This document shows positions 9,499 through 19,645 of a stretch of 64,000 bases of DNA, in pieces. The notes beneath the pieces are model-generated. The model was not told the origin of the DNA. It made no database searches and saw nothing but the letters and a program-made list of their open reading frames with translations. Within the stretch, counting starts at the first letter, position 1. Every line of letters starts with the position of its first letter. Location: positions 27,049 through 91,048 of the forward strand of contig JBIOXB010000137.1 in the NCBI GenBank assembly GCA_044869275.1, written 5' to 3'. The translations under genes were made by a program, and so were the position numbers. This DNA is from a bacterium. GTDB taxonomy: Bacteria; Zhuqueibacterota; Zhuqueibacteria; Zhuqueibacterales; Zhuqueibacteraceae.

Positions 9499-10872
9499 CT
9501 ATATTTCCAAAAGCTGAAAATGCCGCTGCGCTTTGCGCACCCTTGCCAGCATGAATCCCAGCAACAGCAGCGAGCCGAATGGCATATAAAACCAAAACAG
9601 AATCGTCAATAGCACAAATACGTTCATGAGAATCCCGGCGTAATTCACGTGCGGAAACATGCCCAGGATGGCGTTGCAAAACAGCAGTGCGAAAATCGCG
9701 GGCAACACGAGCCCAGCCGCAGCCGCCCAGAGCGCCCACTTGAAGCTCATGCCGAATCTAACTGCGATCATCGCCGCGGTAAGAAACACCGGTGAAGCCA
9801 GTGTGCCGAAGGCGAACCACCAGCGTGCTTGCCACCATTGCCGCGCCGAAACCGGCAAGAGCCGCGCCAAACTGGCATCGGTGGCCTCCTGTTGGAACAG
9901 GTACATCAGGGCATTGATCATGATCCAGCAACCTACCATGTGGAGGAAGAGGGCGGAAGCATAGGCATGGCTTGCGGTTTCCTGCGCAGCGGTGACGGCA
10001 AGTGGCAAAAGCAGCGCAGTGAGATAGATGAATAGCACTGCAGGACGGCAGCGCTTGAGCATGAGGAGGTCACGCTTGATTTGTGCGGCCAAAAATCCGC
10101 TGCAGGCAGCCCTAATTTTGGAGGTCGCCGCCGAACCTTCAAATGCCGGTTGTCGTGCCGGGGCACGGGACTCGAAAAGCAGCTCAGGCGCGCAGATCCG
10201 ATGCGTATAGATCGCCACAATGCCAACGCCAACGAGTGCCATAAACAGATGATGAAGCTCGAAAAGCGGTATAGCCTGGATCGCCGCCGACTGACTCTCT
10301 GAAGAGAAGACCAGCGCCGACGCGATCAGTGCTTCTGCGCTGCCCCATCTTGCCCACTTCTTCCACCAAGAGATTGGGCGCCGCAGGATATAAGCCTGGC
10401 AAAAAGCAAGGAGCTGCAACGCCAGCATGACAGCCGCTACCGTCGCCACCTGCACGCTGCGCGCAAAAAAATCTTCGTGGATGAATGCAAAGGGCAAAAT
10501 CCCTACCGCCAACAGTCCGGCCGTTTTCAAAAAATGCCGGACAAGATGGTAGCGCGTCACCGCGTGCCTGGCAAACGGCAATGTGCCCAGCAATTGCCAC
10601 TCCCCTGCTGGGCGCAAACTCACCCAGGCCATACATTCCGTAACAAAATAGAAAAGCGGTAGCAAGGTGAGCCACTGTGCCGGCCAACGCGAGACGAACT
10701 CTGGAGAAAACAAAGCCTCCAGCCGATAACCAATGTCCGCGGGCGAGCGCACAGTCAAATATAAAAAGATGACGCCAATGAGCCCCAACTCGACCAAAGT
10801 CACACGATCGAAGTGCGCGCGAACAAAGTTGCGATAATAACGGAATCGGGTTCTGAGCAGAAGCAGAAACAT
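9499..10872 (-). CDS. Multi-TM membrane protein, probable ABC exporter permease
   Basis: About 12 hydrophobic segments in two halves, each with an LP(F/V) motif; directly upstream of the ABC ATPase. Start set at MFLLLLRTR. Confidence 0.7.
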   Translation of the reverse strand: MFLLLLRTRFRYYRNFVRAHFDRVTLVELGLIGVIFLYLTVRSPADIGYRLEALFSPEFVSRWPAQWLTLLPLFYFVTECMAWVSLRPAGEWQLLGTLPFARHAVTRYHLVRHFLKTAGLLAVGILPFAFIHEDFFARSVQVATVAAVMLALQLLAFCQAYILRRPISWWKKWARWGSAEALIASALVFSSESQSAAIQAIPLFELHHLFMALVGVGIVAIYTHRICAPELLFESRAPARQPAFEGSAATSKIRAACSGFLAAQIKRDLLMLKRCRPAVLFIYLTALLLPLAVTAAQETASHAYASALFLHMVGCWIMINALMYLFQQEATDASLARLLPVSARQWWQARWWFAFGTLASPVFLTAAMIAVRFGMSFKWALWAAAAGLVLPAIFALLFCNAILGMFPHVNYAGILMNVFVLLTILFWFYMPFGSLLLLGFMLARVRKAQRHFQLLEI

Positions 10873-10944
10873 GGGAATTTCCGTGAATGGTCGTCGATTG
10901 ACCGGTTGCTCAGGATTGAGAATTAAATGACCTTCCCATTTCTC

Positions 10945-11015
10945 AAACCGCGAAGGAACGCTAATAAACGCGAATTGAGAATATATTTGCGTACCTTCGC
11001 GTTCATTGGCGGTTT
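10945..11015. repeat. Imperfect palindrome of ~10-nt subunits (aacgcgaat-like)
   Basis: 31-nt arms aaaccgcgaaggaacgctaataaacgcgaat and atttgcgtaccttcgcgttcattggcggttt, 7 mismatches. Confidence 0.75.
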
Positions 11016-11058
11016 CAAAAAGCGGGCAAGCCATGCAAACGGCGATCCCACATAGGCA

Positions 11059-11859
11059 TCATTCTTTCTCGCGGACAACTTCTGCCAGCCGGTCCGGATA
11101 ATTCGTAATGATCGCCGCCACGCCCAATTCCAGCATGCGGCGCATCAACGGTTTGTCGTTCACGGTCCAAACATGAACCTGCTTGTTGCCGGCACGCGCC
11201 TTCCGCATGAACTCCGGGCTGATCAAATGGTGATGCGCGCTCAACAAATCGACCTCACCGGTAAAGAGCCCTTCATGATATTCTTCCGTGCCAAAAATGT
11301 AGCCCACTTGCAATTCCGGCGCCAGTTTTTTTATTTCCTCGGCCACAGCATGCCCAAATGAAGTGACGATACATTCTTCTTGGAAATTTGCGCGGCGGAT
11401 GGCGGCGACGATCAATGGCGCGATCTGGCGCTCGTGGCCGTGCAATTTCACTTCGACGTTGAGCTTCATTTTGCCGCGCACCAGATCCATGGCCTCTTCC
11501 AAGGTGGGCAGCGGCTCGCCGGCATATTTGGCATCGAACCAACTGCCGGCGTCAATGCCCTGCAATTCCGAGAGGCTCTTTTGCCACAAGAATCCCGTGC
11601 CGTTGCTGGTGCGATCCAATTCCTCATCATGCAACAACACCAGCCGGTCATCCCGGGTTTGTTGCACGTCGATCTCGCACATGTGCGCGCCCATCTCCAT
11701 GGCCAAACGCATCGCGGCCAGTGTGTTTTCCGGCGCGTGGGCCGAAGCGCCGCGATGCGCGCAAATCATGAAAGTGTCCAGATCGGATGGCATGTTTGCT
11801 TCCTTGGCTCGACAAGCCAGTATAAAAATGAGCGGAACGGCCAATAAGGTTTTTCTCAT
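11059..11859 (-). CDS. Glycerophosphodiester phosphodiesterase, probable lipoprotein
   Basis: AHRGASAHAPENTLAA, EIDVQQTRD..VLLHD, LNVEVK, VHVWTVND, IITNYPD; lipobox ILAC. Confidence 0.93.
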   Translation of the reverse strand: MRKTLLAVPLIFILACRAKEANMPSDLDTFMICAHRGASAHAPENTLAAMRLAMEMGAHMCEIDVQQTRDDRLVLLHDEELDRTSNGTGFLWQKSLSELQGIDAGSWFDAKYAGEPLPTLEEAMDLVRGKMKLNVEVKLHGHERQIAPLIVAAIRRANFQEECIVTSFGHAVAEEIKKLAPELQVGYIFGTEEYHEGLFTGEVDLLSAHHHLISPEFMRKARAGNKQVHVWTVNDKPLMRRMLELGVAAIITNYPDRLAEVVREKE

Positions 11860-11900
11860 AGCTCTTCCCTCTTCGGGGCCGCGTGCCTTTCACCGGCTGT

Positions 11901-12018
11901 CAGACTGTGTGCAAACTTGGTATTGCCGCACCCTGAGTTTGTCGAAGGGTGCTAAGTTCAGGAATCCGGCTTCAACAAGCTCAGCCGGCGTTGAAACCAA
12001 TCGTTTTCACACAGTCTG
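11901..12018. mobile_element. MITE-like element with 16-bp terminal inverted repeats
   Basis: cagactgtgtgcaaac ... gttttcacacagtctg (15/16 match). TGT on both flanks. Internal hairpin ctgagtttgtcgaag ... cttcaacaagctcag. Confidence 0.75.
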
Positions 12019-12077
12019 TGTTATGCAGAACTGATTTCCTCTGCCCGAGCGCCGTGCTCGAATTCACCAATCACGCG

Positions 12078-12106
12078 ATGATACTCAGTTCGTGGCACGG
12101 TGTCAA
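12078..12106 (-). promoter_or_regulatory. Sigma70-type promoter for the GDPD operon
   Basis: Minus strand TTGACA-17 nt-TATCAT. Confidence 0.65.
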
Positions 12107-12348
12107 GCTCTTTCTGATAACGGGTTGCGGTGGTCTGTTCGTGGCCGCACCCGGCATTTATCATCTTGTCAAATTGGCATTCACTCCGACGAGTTTACCA
12201 TTCGAGACGAAGCGATCGGGAAAAAATGGCATGTTCTCAGGTCAACCTGCAATCCCAATACGGGTTAAACCAAGCCAAAATGTCCGGCATTGATTTTGGT
12301 ATAAAATTTGAGTAGAAATACCATGAAAGAAAAGCTTGGCAAGGAGAA

Positions 12349-14982
12349 ATGAACATGACTCTGGATAAGTTTACGCTGAAAGCGCAAGAAGCCTTTGCGC
12401 GCGCGCAGCAGCAGGCCTCCGAGTTGAATCACCAGCAAATCGAAGTGGAGCATTTGTTGAAAGCTTTGCTGGACGATGCTGAAGGCGTGCCGCTAGCCAT
12501 CTTGAAAAAACTCGGCGCAAATAGCGCTTTGGCGCTCAGCCGCGTGGACGAAGCGCTGCGCAAACTGCCGCGCGTGTCCGGGGCTGGCGCAGCGGGAAAT
12601 ATTTACGTTTCACAGCGTGTGAATCAGATCATCAACACGGCGCAACAGGAGATGCGCCAGCTTAAGGACGACTATGTGAGCACCGAGCATCTGTTGCTGG
12701 CCATCGCCGAAGAAAGGAGCGGCGCCGCGGGCGAAATTCTGCGGCAGCAAGGCGCGACGCGCGACAATATTTTTCGCGTGTTGAAGGACATTCGCGGCAG
12801 CCAGCGCGTGACGGATCAAAATCCCGAGGGCAAGTATCAAGCGCTGCAGCGTTTTGGCCGCGATCTCACCGAATTGGCGCGCAGCGGCAAGCTCGATCCG
12901 GTGATCGGCCGCGATGAAGAGATTCGCCGTTGCGTGCAGGTGCTGTCGCGGCGCACGAAGAACAATCCCGTGCTCGTGGGCGACCCCGGCGTGGGAAAAA
13001 CCGCGATCGTGGAGGGCATTGCGCAACGCATCGTGAACGGCGACGTGCCGGAATCGCTCAAGAACAAGCGCGTCATTCAAATCGAAATGGGCACGCTCAT
13101 CGCGGGCGCCAAATATCGCGGCGAGTTCGAGGAGCGCTTGAAAGCGGTGCTGAAAGAGATCGAGGACGCGCAAGGCGAGATCATTCTCTTCATCGATGAA
13201 TTGCACACCATGGTGGGCGCAGGCGCAGCCGAAGGCGCGGTGGATGCCGGCAACATGCTCAAGCCCATGCTCGCGCGCGGAGAATTGCGGTTGATCGGCG
13301 CGACCACGCTGGACGAATATCGCAAGCACGTCGAAAAAGACAAAGCGCTCGAACGGCGATTTCAACAAGTTTATGTCGGCGAACCTTCGGTGGATGACAC
13401 GATTTCCATCCTGCGCGGTTTGAAAGAAAGATACGAAATCCACCACGGCGTGCGCATCGCGGACTCCGCCATTGTCGCGGCAGCGGCGCTGTCGCAGCGT
13501 TATATCTCGGAGAGATTTCTGCCGGACAAGGCCATTGACTTGATCGACGAAGCGGCGGCGAAATTGCGCACGGAGATCGATTCCATGCCGGAAGAAATCG
13601 ACGAAATCGAGCGCCGCAGCAAGCAGCTTGAAATCGAGCACGTCGCTTTGAAAAAGGAAAGCGATCAAGCCTCGAAGGAACGGCGCGAGAAATTGACACG
13701 CGAGCTGAGCGATCTCAAGGAAAAATCCGCCCAGCTCAAAGCGCGCTGGCAGGTGGAGAAGGACTGCATTACCCAAATTCGCGCGACGAAAGGCCAAATC
13801 GAACAAGCGAAGAATGCCGCGGAAAAAGCGGAGCGCGAAGGCGATTTGAACAAAGCTGCGGAATTGCGTTACGGCACGCTGGTAAATTTGGACAAGCAGC
13901 TCAAAAAGCTGAACGACAAGCTCGCCGAGCTCCATAAAAATGGCGCCTTGCTGAAGGAGGAAGTTTCGGAAGAAGACATTGCCGAAATCGTGTCGCGGTG
14001 GACCGGCATTCCGGTGGCGCGCATGCTGGAAAGCGAGCGCGAAAAGATTCTGCGCATGGCCGAACGCTTGCGGCAGCGCGTGGTCGGCCAGGAGGAGGCG
14101 ATCGCAGCCGTCTCGTTCGCGGTGCGGCGCTCACGCGCAGGGTTGAGCGAGGAGAATCGCCCGATCGGCTCGTTCATCTTCCTCGGCCCCACCGGCGTGG
14201 GCAAAACCGAATTGGCGCGGGCACTGGCGGAATTCATGTTCGACGACGAGAATGCCATGGTGCGCCTGGATATGTCGGAATACATGGAACAATTCAATGT
14301 CTCGCGTTTGATGGGAGCGCCGCCGGGGTACGTGGGTTACGAAGAGGGCGGCCAGCTGACGGAAGCGATTCGCCGCCGGCCCTATGCCGTGGTGTTGCTG
14401 GATGAAATCGAAAAGGCGCATCCCGAAGTCTTCAATATCTTGTTGCAGGTGCTGGATGACGGCCGCTTGACCGACAGCCAGGGGCACGTGGTCAATTTCA
14501 AAAATACCATCATTATCATGACTTCGAATCTCGGCGCGGACATCATCACCGAGAACTTCAAATACATGACCGAGGAAAATGCAGAGAAGATTTACAACAC
14601 CACGAAAGACGCGCTGCTGCAGACGCTGCGCAACAAGCTGCGGCCGGAATTCCTGAATCGCGTGGATGAAGTGATCGTGTTTCATCCGCTCACGCGCGAG
14701 CATATTCATCGCATCGTCGACATTCAATTCGCGCGCATGGTCCAAAGCGTGTTGCAACGCCAGGGTCTCGCGGCCGAGCTCACCGCGGCCGCAAAAGATC
14801 TGCTGGCGGCGCAAGGTTACGATCCGATCTTCGGCGCGCGGCCATTGAAGCGCATGATGCAACGGCAGATCCTCAACGAGCTCTCCACGAAAATCCTGGC
14901 GAACGAATTGAACAAAGGGGACGTGATCCGGATCGATGCCAAGCAAGGCGGATTGATTTATAAGAAGGTCAGTAACTCGTAA
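12349..14982 (+). CDS. clpB: ATP-dependent disaggregase ClpB
   Basis: Clp N repeats, [14 protein letters not shown], Walker A GDPGVGKT and GPTGVGKT, coiled-coil middle domain, [22 protein letters not shown]. Confidence 0.98.
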   Translation: MNMTLDKFTLKAQEAFARAQQQASELNHQQIEVEHLLKALLDDAEGVPLAILKKLGANSALALSRVDEALRKLPRVSGAGAAGNIYVSQRVNQIINTAQQEMRQLKDDYVSTEHLLLAIAEERSGAAGEILRQQGATRDNIFRVLKDIRGSQRVTDQNPEGKYQALQRFGRDLTELARSGKLDPVIGRDEEIRRCVQVLSRRTKNNPVLVGDPGVGKTAIVEGIAQRIVNGDVPESLKNKRVIQIEMGTLIAGAKYRGEFEERLKAVLKEIEDAQGEIILFIDELHTMVGAGAAEGAVDAGNMLKPMLARGELRLIGATTLDEYRKHVEKDKALERRFQQVYVGEPSVDDTISILRGLKERYEIHHGVRIADSAIVAAAALSQRYISERFLPDKAIDLIDEAAAKLRTEIDSMPEEIDEIERRSKQLEIEHVALKKESDQASKERREKLTRELSDLKEKSAQLKARWQVEKDCITQIRATKGQIEQAKNAAEKAEREGDLNKAAELRYGTLVNLDKQLKKLNDKLAELHKNGALLKEEVSEEDIAEIVSRWTGIPVARMLESEREKILRMAERLRQRVVGQEEAIAAVSFAVRRSRAGLSEENRPIGSFIFLGPTGVGKTELARALAEFMFDDENAMVRLDMSEYMEQFNVSRLMGAPPGYVGYEEGGQLTEAIRRRPYAVVLLDEIEKAHPEVFNILLQVLDDGRLTDSQGHVVNFKNTIIIMTSNLGADIITENFKYMTEENAEKIYNTTKDALLQTLRNKLRPEFLNRVDEVIVFHPLTREHIHRIVDIQFARMVQSVLQRQGLAAELTAAAKDLLAAQGYDPIFGARPLKRMMQRQILNELSTKILANELNKGDVIRIDAKQGGLIYKKVSNS

Positions 14983-15025
14983 TTCGTGATCCGTAGTGTA
15001 CAGGCCGATCACAGGAGTGATTGGC

Positions 15026-15598
15026 CTAACGCCATTTATCCGGAATCGTGCCGGGCTGATAATGTTGCAGATATTGGATCGCTGCTTCCGGGGAATCAAC
15101 GAGGCGATAGAGCTCCCGGTGTTCGGGCTTGGCAAAGCGGCGGTGGTACATATGCTCAAAAAAATCGGACAGGGATTGATAATAGTTTTCCGCATTCACA
15201 AATACGATTGGGGCCTGGTGAAAACCAAGCTGCTTGCTGGTAAGAATCTCGAAAACCTCCTCCAATGTCCCGAAGCCGCCGGGCAACGCGATGAACGCAT
15301 CCGCGCGCGCTTGCATCATCGCCTTGCGTTCGCGCAAGTCTGCGGTGATGATGAGCTCGTCGGCAGCGAGATAAGCCACTTCCTTGGCTCGCAAGGCCTC
15401 GGGAATGACGCCGATGACCCTCCCACCCTTTTCATGAACGGCGTGCGCCAGAGCCCCCATCAAACCGATATTCCCACCGCCATAAACCAAAGTATACTCG
15501 TGCTGCGCCAACAATTCACCCAATCTTTGCGCTACGGCGAAAAAGCCCGGCGCAACTCGATGGCTGGAAGCGCAATAGACACAAATGCTCTTGAGCAT
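15026..15598 (-). CDS. LOG family phosphoribohydrolase (TIGR00730-like)
   Basis: ICVYCASS, LVYGGGNIGLMG, RERKAMM, ALPGGFGTLEE. Confidence 0.93.
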   Translation of the reverse strand: MLKSICVYCASSHRVAPGFFAVAQRLGELLAQHEYTLVYGGGNIGLMGALAHAVHEKGGRVIGVIPEALRAKEVAYLAADELIITADLRERKAMMQARADAFIALPGGFGTLEEVFEILTSKQLGFHQAPIVFVNAENYYQSLSDFFEHMYHRRFAKPEHRELYRLVDSPEAAIQYLQHYQPGTIPDKWR

Positions 15599-15668
15599 AA
15601 ATGAGACAGCCGAGTTGAGTGAGAAGCTGTAACTGTTCAGCTCTCGCGTATGATCCAAAAATTATTAT

Positions 15669-15735
15669 GATTTCCGATTGCCGGTTTGCGATTTTCGATT
15701 TACGATCACAAATCGGAAATCGACAATCGTCAATC
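15669..15735. repeat. Heptamer-periodic inverted repeat
   Basis: atttccg attgccg gtttgcg attttcg atttacg, then the inverted aaatcgg aaatcga caatcgt caatc. Confidence 0.8.
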
Positions 15736-15874
15736 AACTCAACAGCTACGAGACACTATAAAGAAAATTGCGGTGCATGCCTCTTCACCGCGTTGCCTGA
15801 CTTCAACATGACTTGCAGGTTTTTCCTACCCAGCTAGCGCAACAAAATCACTTTGCGGCCCTGTTTTCTTAAGA

Positions 15875-17554
15875 TCATCTAGCCGGTGTTTTGATCTGCG
15901 CTTTTCGCACGGCGCGGCCGGGCAGCGCACCCGTATGCTCGCCGTCTTTTAGAACCTGCGTGCCGTTCACAAAAACATGCGTCATGCCCGTGGAAAACTG
16001 ATGCGGCAGCTCGAAGGTGGCGTGATCGATGATCTTTTCGGGATCGAAAACCGCGACGTCGGCATAATTTCCCACTTTGAGAGCGCCGCGCCTGGCAATG
16101 CTGAGATTAGCGGCGGGCAAAGAAGTCAATCGCCGGACGGCCTCCTCCAGCGAGATTAATTTTTCTTCGCGCACATATTTTCCCAACAGGCGTGCGAAGT
16201 TACCGTAAGCACGCGGATGCGGATTTCTTTTCAGGAATACACCTTCGGGCGACATGGACTCGGCGTCCGAACAGAAGCTCACCCAGGGCAGGTGAATCTG
16301 TTTCATGACGTTGGTTTCTGACATGAGAAAATAAACGGTCTCCACGCGACTGTCATCTTCGATCACCAGGTCCATGGCAGTTTCTGCCGGAGATTGGCCT
16401 CGCATTTCTGCGACCTCCGCCAGAGTCTTGCCGGTGAGCGGCTTGAGTGCTTCGGATTTGAATCCCACCAGCAAAGTTTTGTCCGATCCGGCAGCGAGAA
16501 AAAGATTCTCCCATTGATCGGTCGGTGTGATCATTTCTAGTGCCACTTGCTTACGAATGGCGGGATCCTGCAGGCGAGTTTTGCAGGCTTGAAATCCGCC
16601 TTCCTGCACCCAGGGGGGCATGGCTGCGTCCAATCCGGTTGCGCCCGCCGTGTACGTGTACATGTCGGCCGTGATCTGCAAACTTTCCGCGCGCGCGGAT
16701 TCGATCTTTTGAATGACGGCTTCGAGCTTGCTCCAATTGTTGCGGCCCGCGACTTTGAGATGATAGATTTCCGCGGGAATTTTGGCTTCCCGCGCGATGT
16801 GCAGCAATTCCTCCACAGCTTCGAGCACGCGGTTGCCTTCACTGCGCAGATGGGAGATATACGTGCCACCGTATGCTGCCGCGACTTTGCACAATTCGAC
16901 CAGCTCGTCGGTATTCGCATAAAACGCGGGCGCATAAATCAACGATGAGCCCACGCCCAGCGCTCCTTCTGCCATGGCCTGGCGCACCAACGCGCGCATT
17001 TGTTCCATTTCCCCCTCATCCGGCGGGCGGTTTTCATATCCGAGAACGTGAATGCGTACGGTGGTCGCGCCCACAAATGAAGCCACATTCGTTGAAATTC
17101 CTCGCGCAACGAGATGATCCAGGTATTCGCCGAGCGTCGTCCATGCAACGTCAAATTTGATGTCGCCCTGCTGGTCGGTGACTTCTTTTTTCATGGCATC
17201 ATTGAGCGGGCCCATGGACAAGCCTTCGCCAAAAACCTCCAGGGTGACGCCCTGGCGAATATCGCTTTGCGAACGCCCGTCTTCAAGCAAAGTTTCCGTG
17301 GCCCAGCTCAGCATATTGATGAAGCCGGGCGCGACGGCGAGGCCGCGTGCATCGATTTCCATGCGGCCATGCACATTTTTCAGCTCCCCGATGGCGGCGA
17401 TGGTATCGGCCTGAATCGCGACCACGCCCGCGAAAGCCGGTTGCCCGCTGCCGTCGTAAATTTTTCCGTTGCGGATGACGAGATCGTATTCGGTTTTCGG
17501 AGTGCAGCCGAACCATAGCAGCGCAATGAAACACGAACCGGTGGTTCTTTTCAT
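15875..17554 (-). CDS. N-acyl-D-amino-acid deacylase (amidohydrolase), probable lipoprotein
   Basis: YDLVIRNGKIYDGSG, APGFINMLSW, SSLIYAP, YISHLRSE, EIYHLK, HPRAYGNF, THVFVNG; lipobox-like WFGC. Confidence 0.88.
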   Translation of the reverse strand: MKRTTGSCFIALLWFGCTPKTEYDLVIRNGKIYDGSGQPAFAGVVAIQADTIAAIGELKNVHGRMEIDARGLAVAPGFINMLSWATETLLEDGRSQSDIRQGVTLEVFGEGLSMGPLNDAMKKEVTDQQGDIKFDVAWTTLGEYLDHLVARGISTNVASFVGATTVRIHVLGYENRPPDEGEMEQMRALVRQAMAEGALGVGSSLIYAPAFYANTDELVELCKVAAAYGGTYISHLRSEGNRVLEAVEELLHIAREAKIPAEIYHLKVAGRNNWSKLEAVIQKIESARAESLQITADMYTYTAGATGLDAAMPPWVQEGGFQACKTRLQDPAIRKQVALEMITPTDQWENLFLAAGSDKTLLVGFKSEALKPLTGKTLAEVAEMRGQSPAETAMDLVIEDDSRVETVYFLMSETNVMKQIHLPWVSFCSDAESMSPEGVFLKRNPHPRAYGNFARLLGKYVREEKLISLEEAVRRLTSLPAANLSIARRGALKVGNYADVAVFDPEKIIDHATFELPHQFSTGMTHVFVNGTQVLKDGEHTGALPGRAVRKAQIKTPAR

Positions 17555-17576
17555 GCTTCCGTCCTCCTTCTGTAAA

Positions 17577-18368
17577 CTACCTGGCCATGAACAGCAGAAC
17601 GAGACCGGCTCCACCGCATACCATGGCGCCGGCGAGCAATGCCCAAAGCGAATATTGCGACATGCGCAGCAGCTCTTCCTCCGTTTTAACGCTAATCACG
17701 AACCGGCCGCGTGCCGGTTTTTGCAGGCGCAGCTCGCCACTCTCGTTCGTGGCTTCAGCAAGAACGTAAATTTCGTGATCCACGGCAATGGCTTCTTCCT
17801 CAAAATGATACCGCAGAGGTTTTCGTTCTTCTGTACCCGTTTTCCAGGGTGCTGGGAGGGCAAAACGCCCGCAACTGATCGTTTCTTCCGGCAGGCCCTC
17901 CTCCTCTTCATGGCGCGACAAGGTTGGTGTGGCGATGACTTCACAACCTTGCGGCTCAACGGCAATTTCTCCGCTCTCATCCTGCACTACAAAAGGCTGC
18001 CATTGCGTGTCCTCGGCCAGCACTTCTTCGGCTTCGCGCCGGTGTGCCTCGCGTCCAGTCTCGGGATTCTCCTCGCCATAGGCTTCCTCGTATTCCCAGC
18101 GCACACGCATGCCATAATAAACACATTCCTTTTCCGAAAGCGGCGCCAGCAAAGGCGAGGCACAACGCACACGGCCTTTGACTTCGACCAATTCCCGGAA
18201 AACTTTGGCGCTGGTGTATTGCGCAAAGGCTTCTGCCAATTCCCGCACCTGCGCCACCGAGGAAGTCATCGTGACGCGGATGGGATCGGCTTTACGGAGC
18301 TGGATCAAATAGGCGACGGCGAAAGCCAGCGCCAGCGCGAGAAAGATGGTGCCAAGGATTACGAACAT
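17577..18368 (-). CDS. GIDE-domain (E3 ubiquitin ligase family-like) membrane protein
   Basis: N- and C-terminal TM helices flank VEVKGRVRC..PLLAPLSEKECVYY, PFVVQDESGEIAVEP, YHFEEEAI..IYVL and FVISVKTEEEL. No RING domain. Confidence 0.7.
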   Translation of the reverse strand: MFVILGTIFLALALAFAVAYLIQLRKADPIRVTMTSSVAQVRELAEAFAQYTSAKVFRELVEVKGRVRCASPLLAPLSEKECVYYGMRVRWEYEEAYGEENPETGREAHRREAEEVLAEDTQWQPFVVQDESGEIAVEPQGCEVIATPTLSRHEEEEGLPEETISCGRFALPAPWKTGTEERKPLRYHFEEEAIAVDHEIYVLAEATNESGELRLQKPARGRFVISVKTEEELLRMSQYSLWALLAGAMVCGGAGLVLLFMAR

Positions 18369-18395
18369 TGCCGTGATCAGTATGCAGTGGTTCGT

Positions 18396-19601
18396 TTATG
18401 TGGCCTGCCGCGGCGGCGCGATAATCTTAGAAACCACGACTCCGGCGGCGAGCGCGATGGCAATCAGAATCATTTTGAAAGCCGTTTCAATGCCGGGAAT
18501 GACCTCTTTGTCCATCAATGCCGCCAGGCTGCGAAATCCTACACTCCCCGGTACCAAGAGCAAAATCCCCGGCACCAAAGTAATGCTGGCCGGGCGTTGC
18601 AGCAGCCTTTCGAACAAATTGCTGGCGATGCCAACCGTCAAAGCGCCGAGAAAAACACCCAGCTCCGCGCCCAAGACGTGCGCACCCAAGCGGCTTCCCA
18701 ACACGGCGCATGCGCCCGCGAGCACAATCCAAAATCCATCGCGCGCATGCGCCCTCAAAAGCACGGTGAAAGCCAGCGGGGCGGCAACGAGCGCGATGAT
18801 CTCCGTCCAGGCCGGCAGCGCGATTGAGTTGCTGAAGCGGGGCGCGCCGATCAGTGCGCCCATGATTTTTCCGCCAAGGGCCACGCCGAAGCCGAGTTCG
18901 AGAAAGACCACGAAAGCCGCGCTCAAGCGTGCCGTGCCCGAAACCAAATGCCGAGTGGAAAGCTCCGTCATCGCTGTGGTAAGCATCAAACCGGGCACGA
19001 ACACGATCAAGCCGGCGAGGACGTCGTTGGAAAGCGAGGGCGTTCCGATGATTGCTCCCAGGCCGGCGGCCAATGCCGAGGCCGCAATCGCAGCGATCAA
19101 TTCCAGGACGCGGCCGAGGGCATCGCGTTTGCGCACCATAAAGACGAGCAAGCCGATCATCAATCCGATGACTGCGGCAACGGCAATCTCGCGCATGCCT
19201 CCGCCTAAGAAGCGCGAGGCAGCGCCTGAAGACAGTCCGAAAGCCAGCGTCGTCAACACATGGCCGTATTCCGGCGGCCGCGCGAGAATTTCTGCGATGT
19301 GGCGCGCGCCCTGTGCCGGCGCGAGATCCCCGTGCAACACCTTGCCGGTCACCTCGTCGAGATCTGCCAGTTTTCCCAAATCCGTGTCCCCCGGCTCCAC
19401 GCGGATAAGGAAGGTTTGTTGTGCTTCCTGTGGGCCGAAAGCGGCGAAAATGGACGTTGGCGTGGTAAAGAACTGGCCTTCCAGACCGAGCCGTTTACAC
19501 GCGCCGTTCATCACCTCCTCCAAACGATGTGCCTCATAACCATAGGCGTGCAAGGCATGCCCGAGGCGGAGAATGAACGCTATGGCTTCTGCTTGTTCCA
19601 T
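18396..19601 (-). CDS. Threonine/serine exporter family (ThrE) protein
   Basis: LGHALHAYGYEAHRLEE, FTTPT, FVPGLMLTTAMTELSTRHLVSG, PGILLLVPG; about 10 TMs. Confidence 0.9.
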   Translation of the reverse strand: MEQAEAIAFILRLGHALHAYGYEAHRLEEVMNGACKRLGLEGQFFTTPTSIFAAFGPQEAQQTFLIRVEPGDTDLGKLADLDEVTGKVLHGDLAPAQGARHIAEILARPPEYGHVLTTLAFGLSSGAASRFLGGGMREIAVAAVIGLMIGLLVFMVRKRDALGRVLELIAAIAASALAAGLGAIIGTPSLSNDVLAGLIVFVPGLMLTTAMTELSTRHLVSGTARLSAAFVVFLELGFGVALGGKIMGALIGAPRFSNSIALPAWTEIIALVAAPLAFTVLLRAHARDGFWIVLAGACAVLGSRLGAHVLGAELGVFLGALTVGIASNLFERLLQRPASITLVPGILLLVPGSVGFRSLAALMDKEVIPGIETAFKMILIAIALAAGVVVSKIIAPPRQAT

Positions 19602-19645
19602 GAATTTTCTGTCGTGCGGCGGGTTCAGGCTCCGGGGCCAGGCAC

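Noticed and set aside
12174..12200. Possible CIRCE element upstream of clpB (ttggcattc...gagtttacc)
   Set aside because: The spacer is 8 nt rather than 9, and the right arm matches only about 4/9.
12610..13935. 441-aa ORF antisense to clpB (also 14131-15195)
   Set aside because: Shadow frame of a strongly conserved gene, with no recognisable motifs.
17469..19539. Long plus-strand ORFs of 452 and 397 aa
   Set aside because: Antisense to well-supported GIDE and ThrE genes; typical of GC-rich codon bias.
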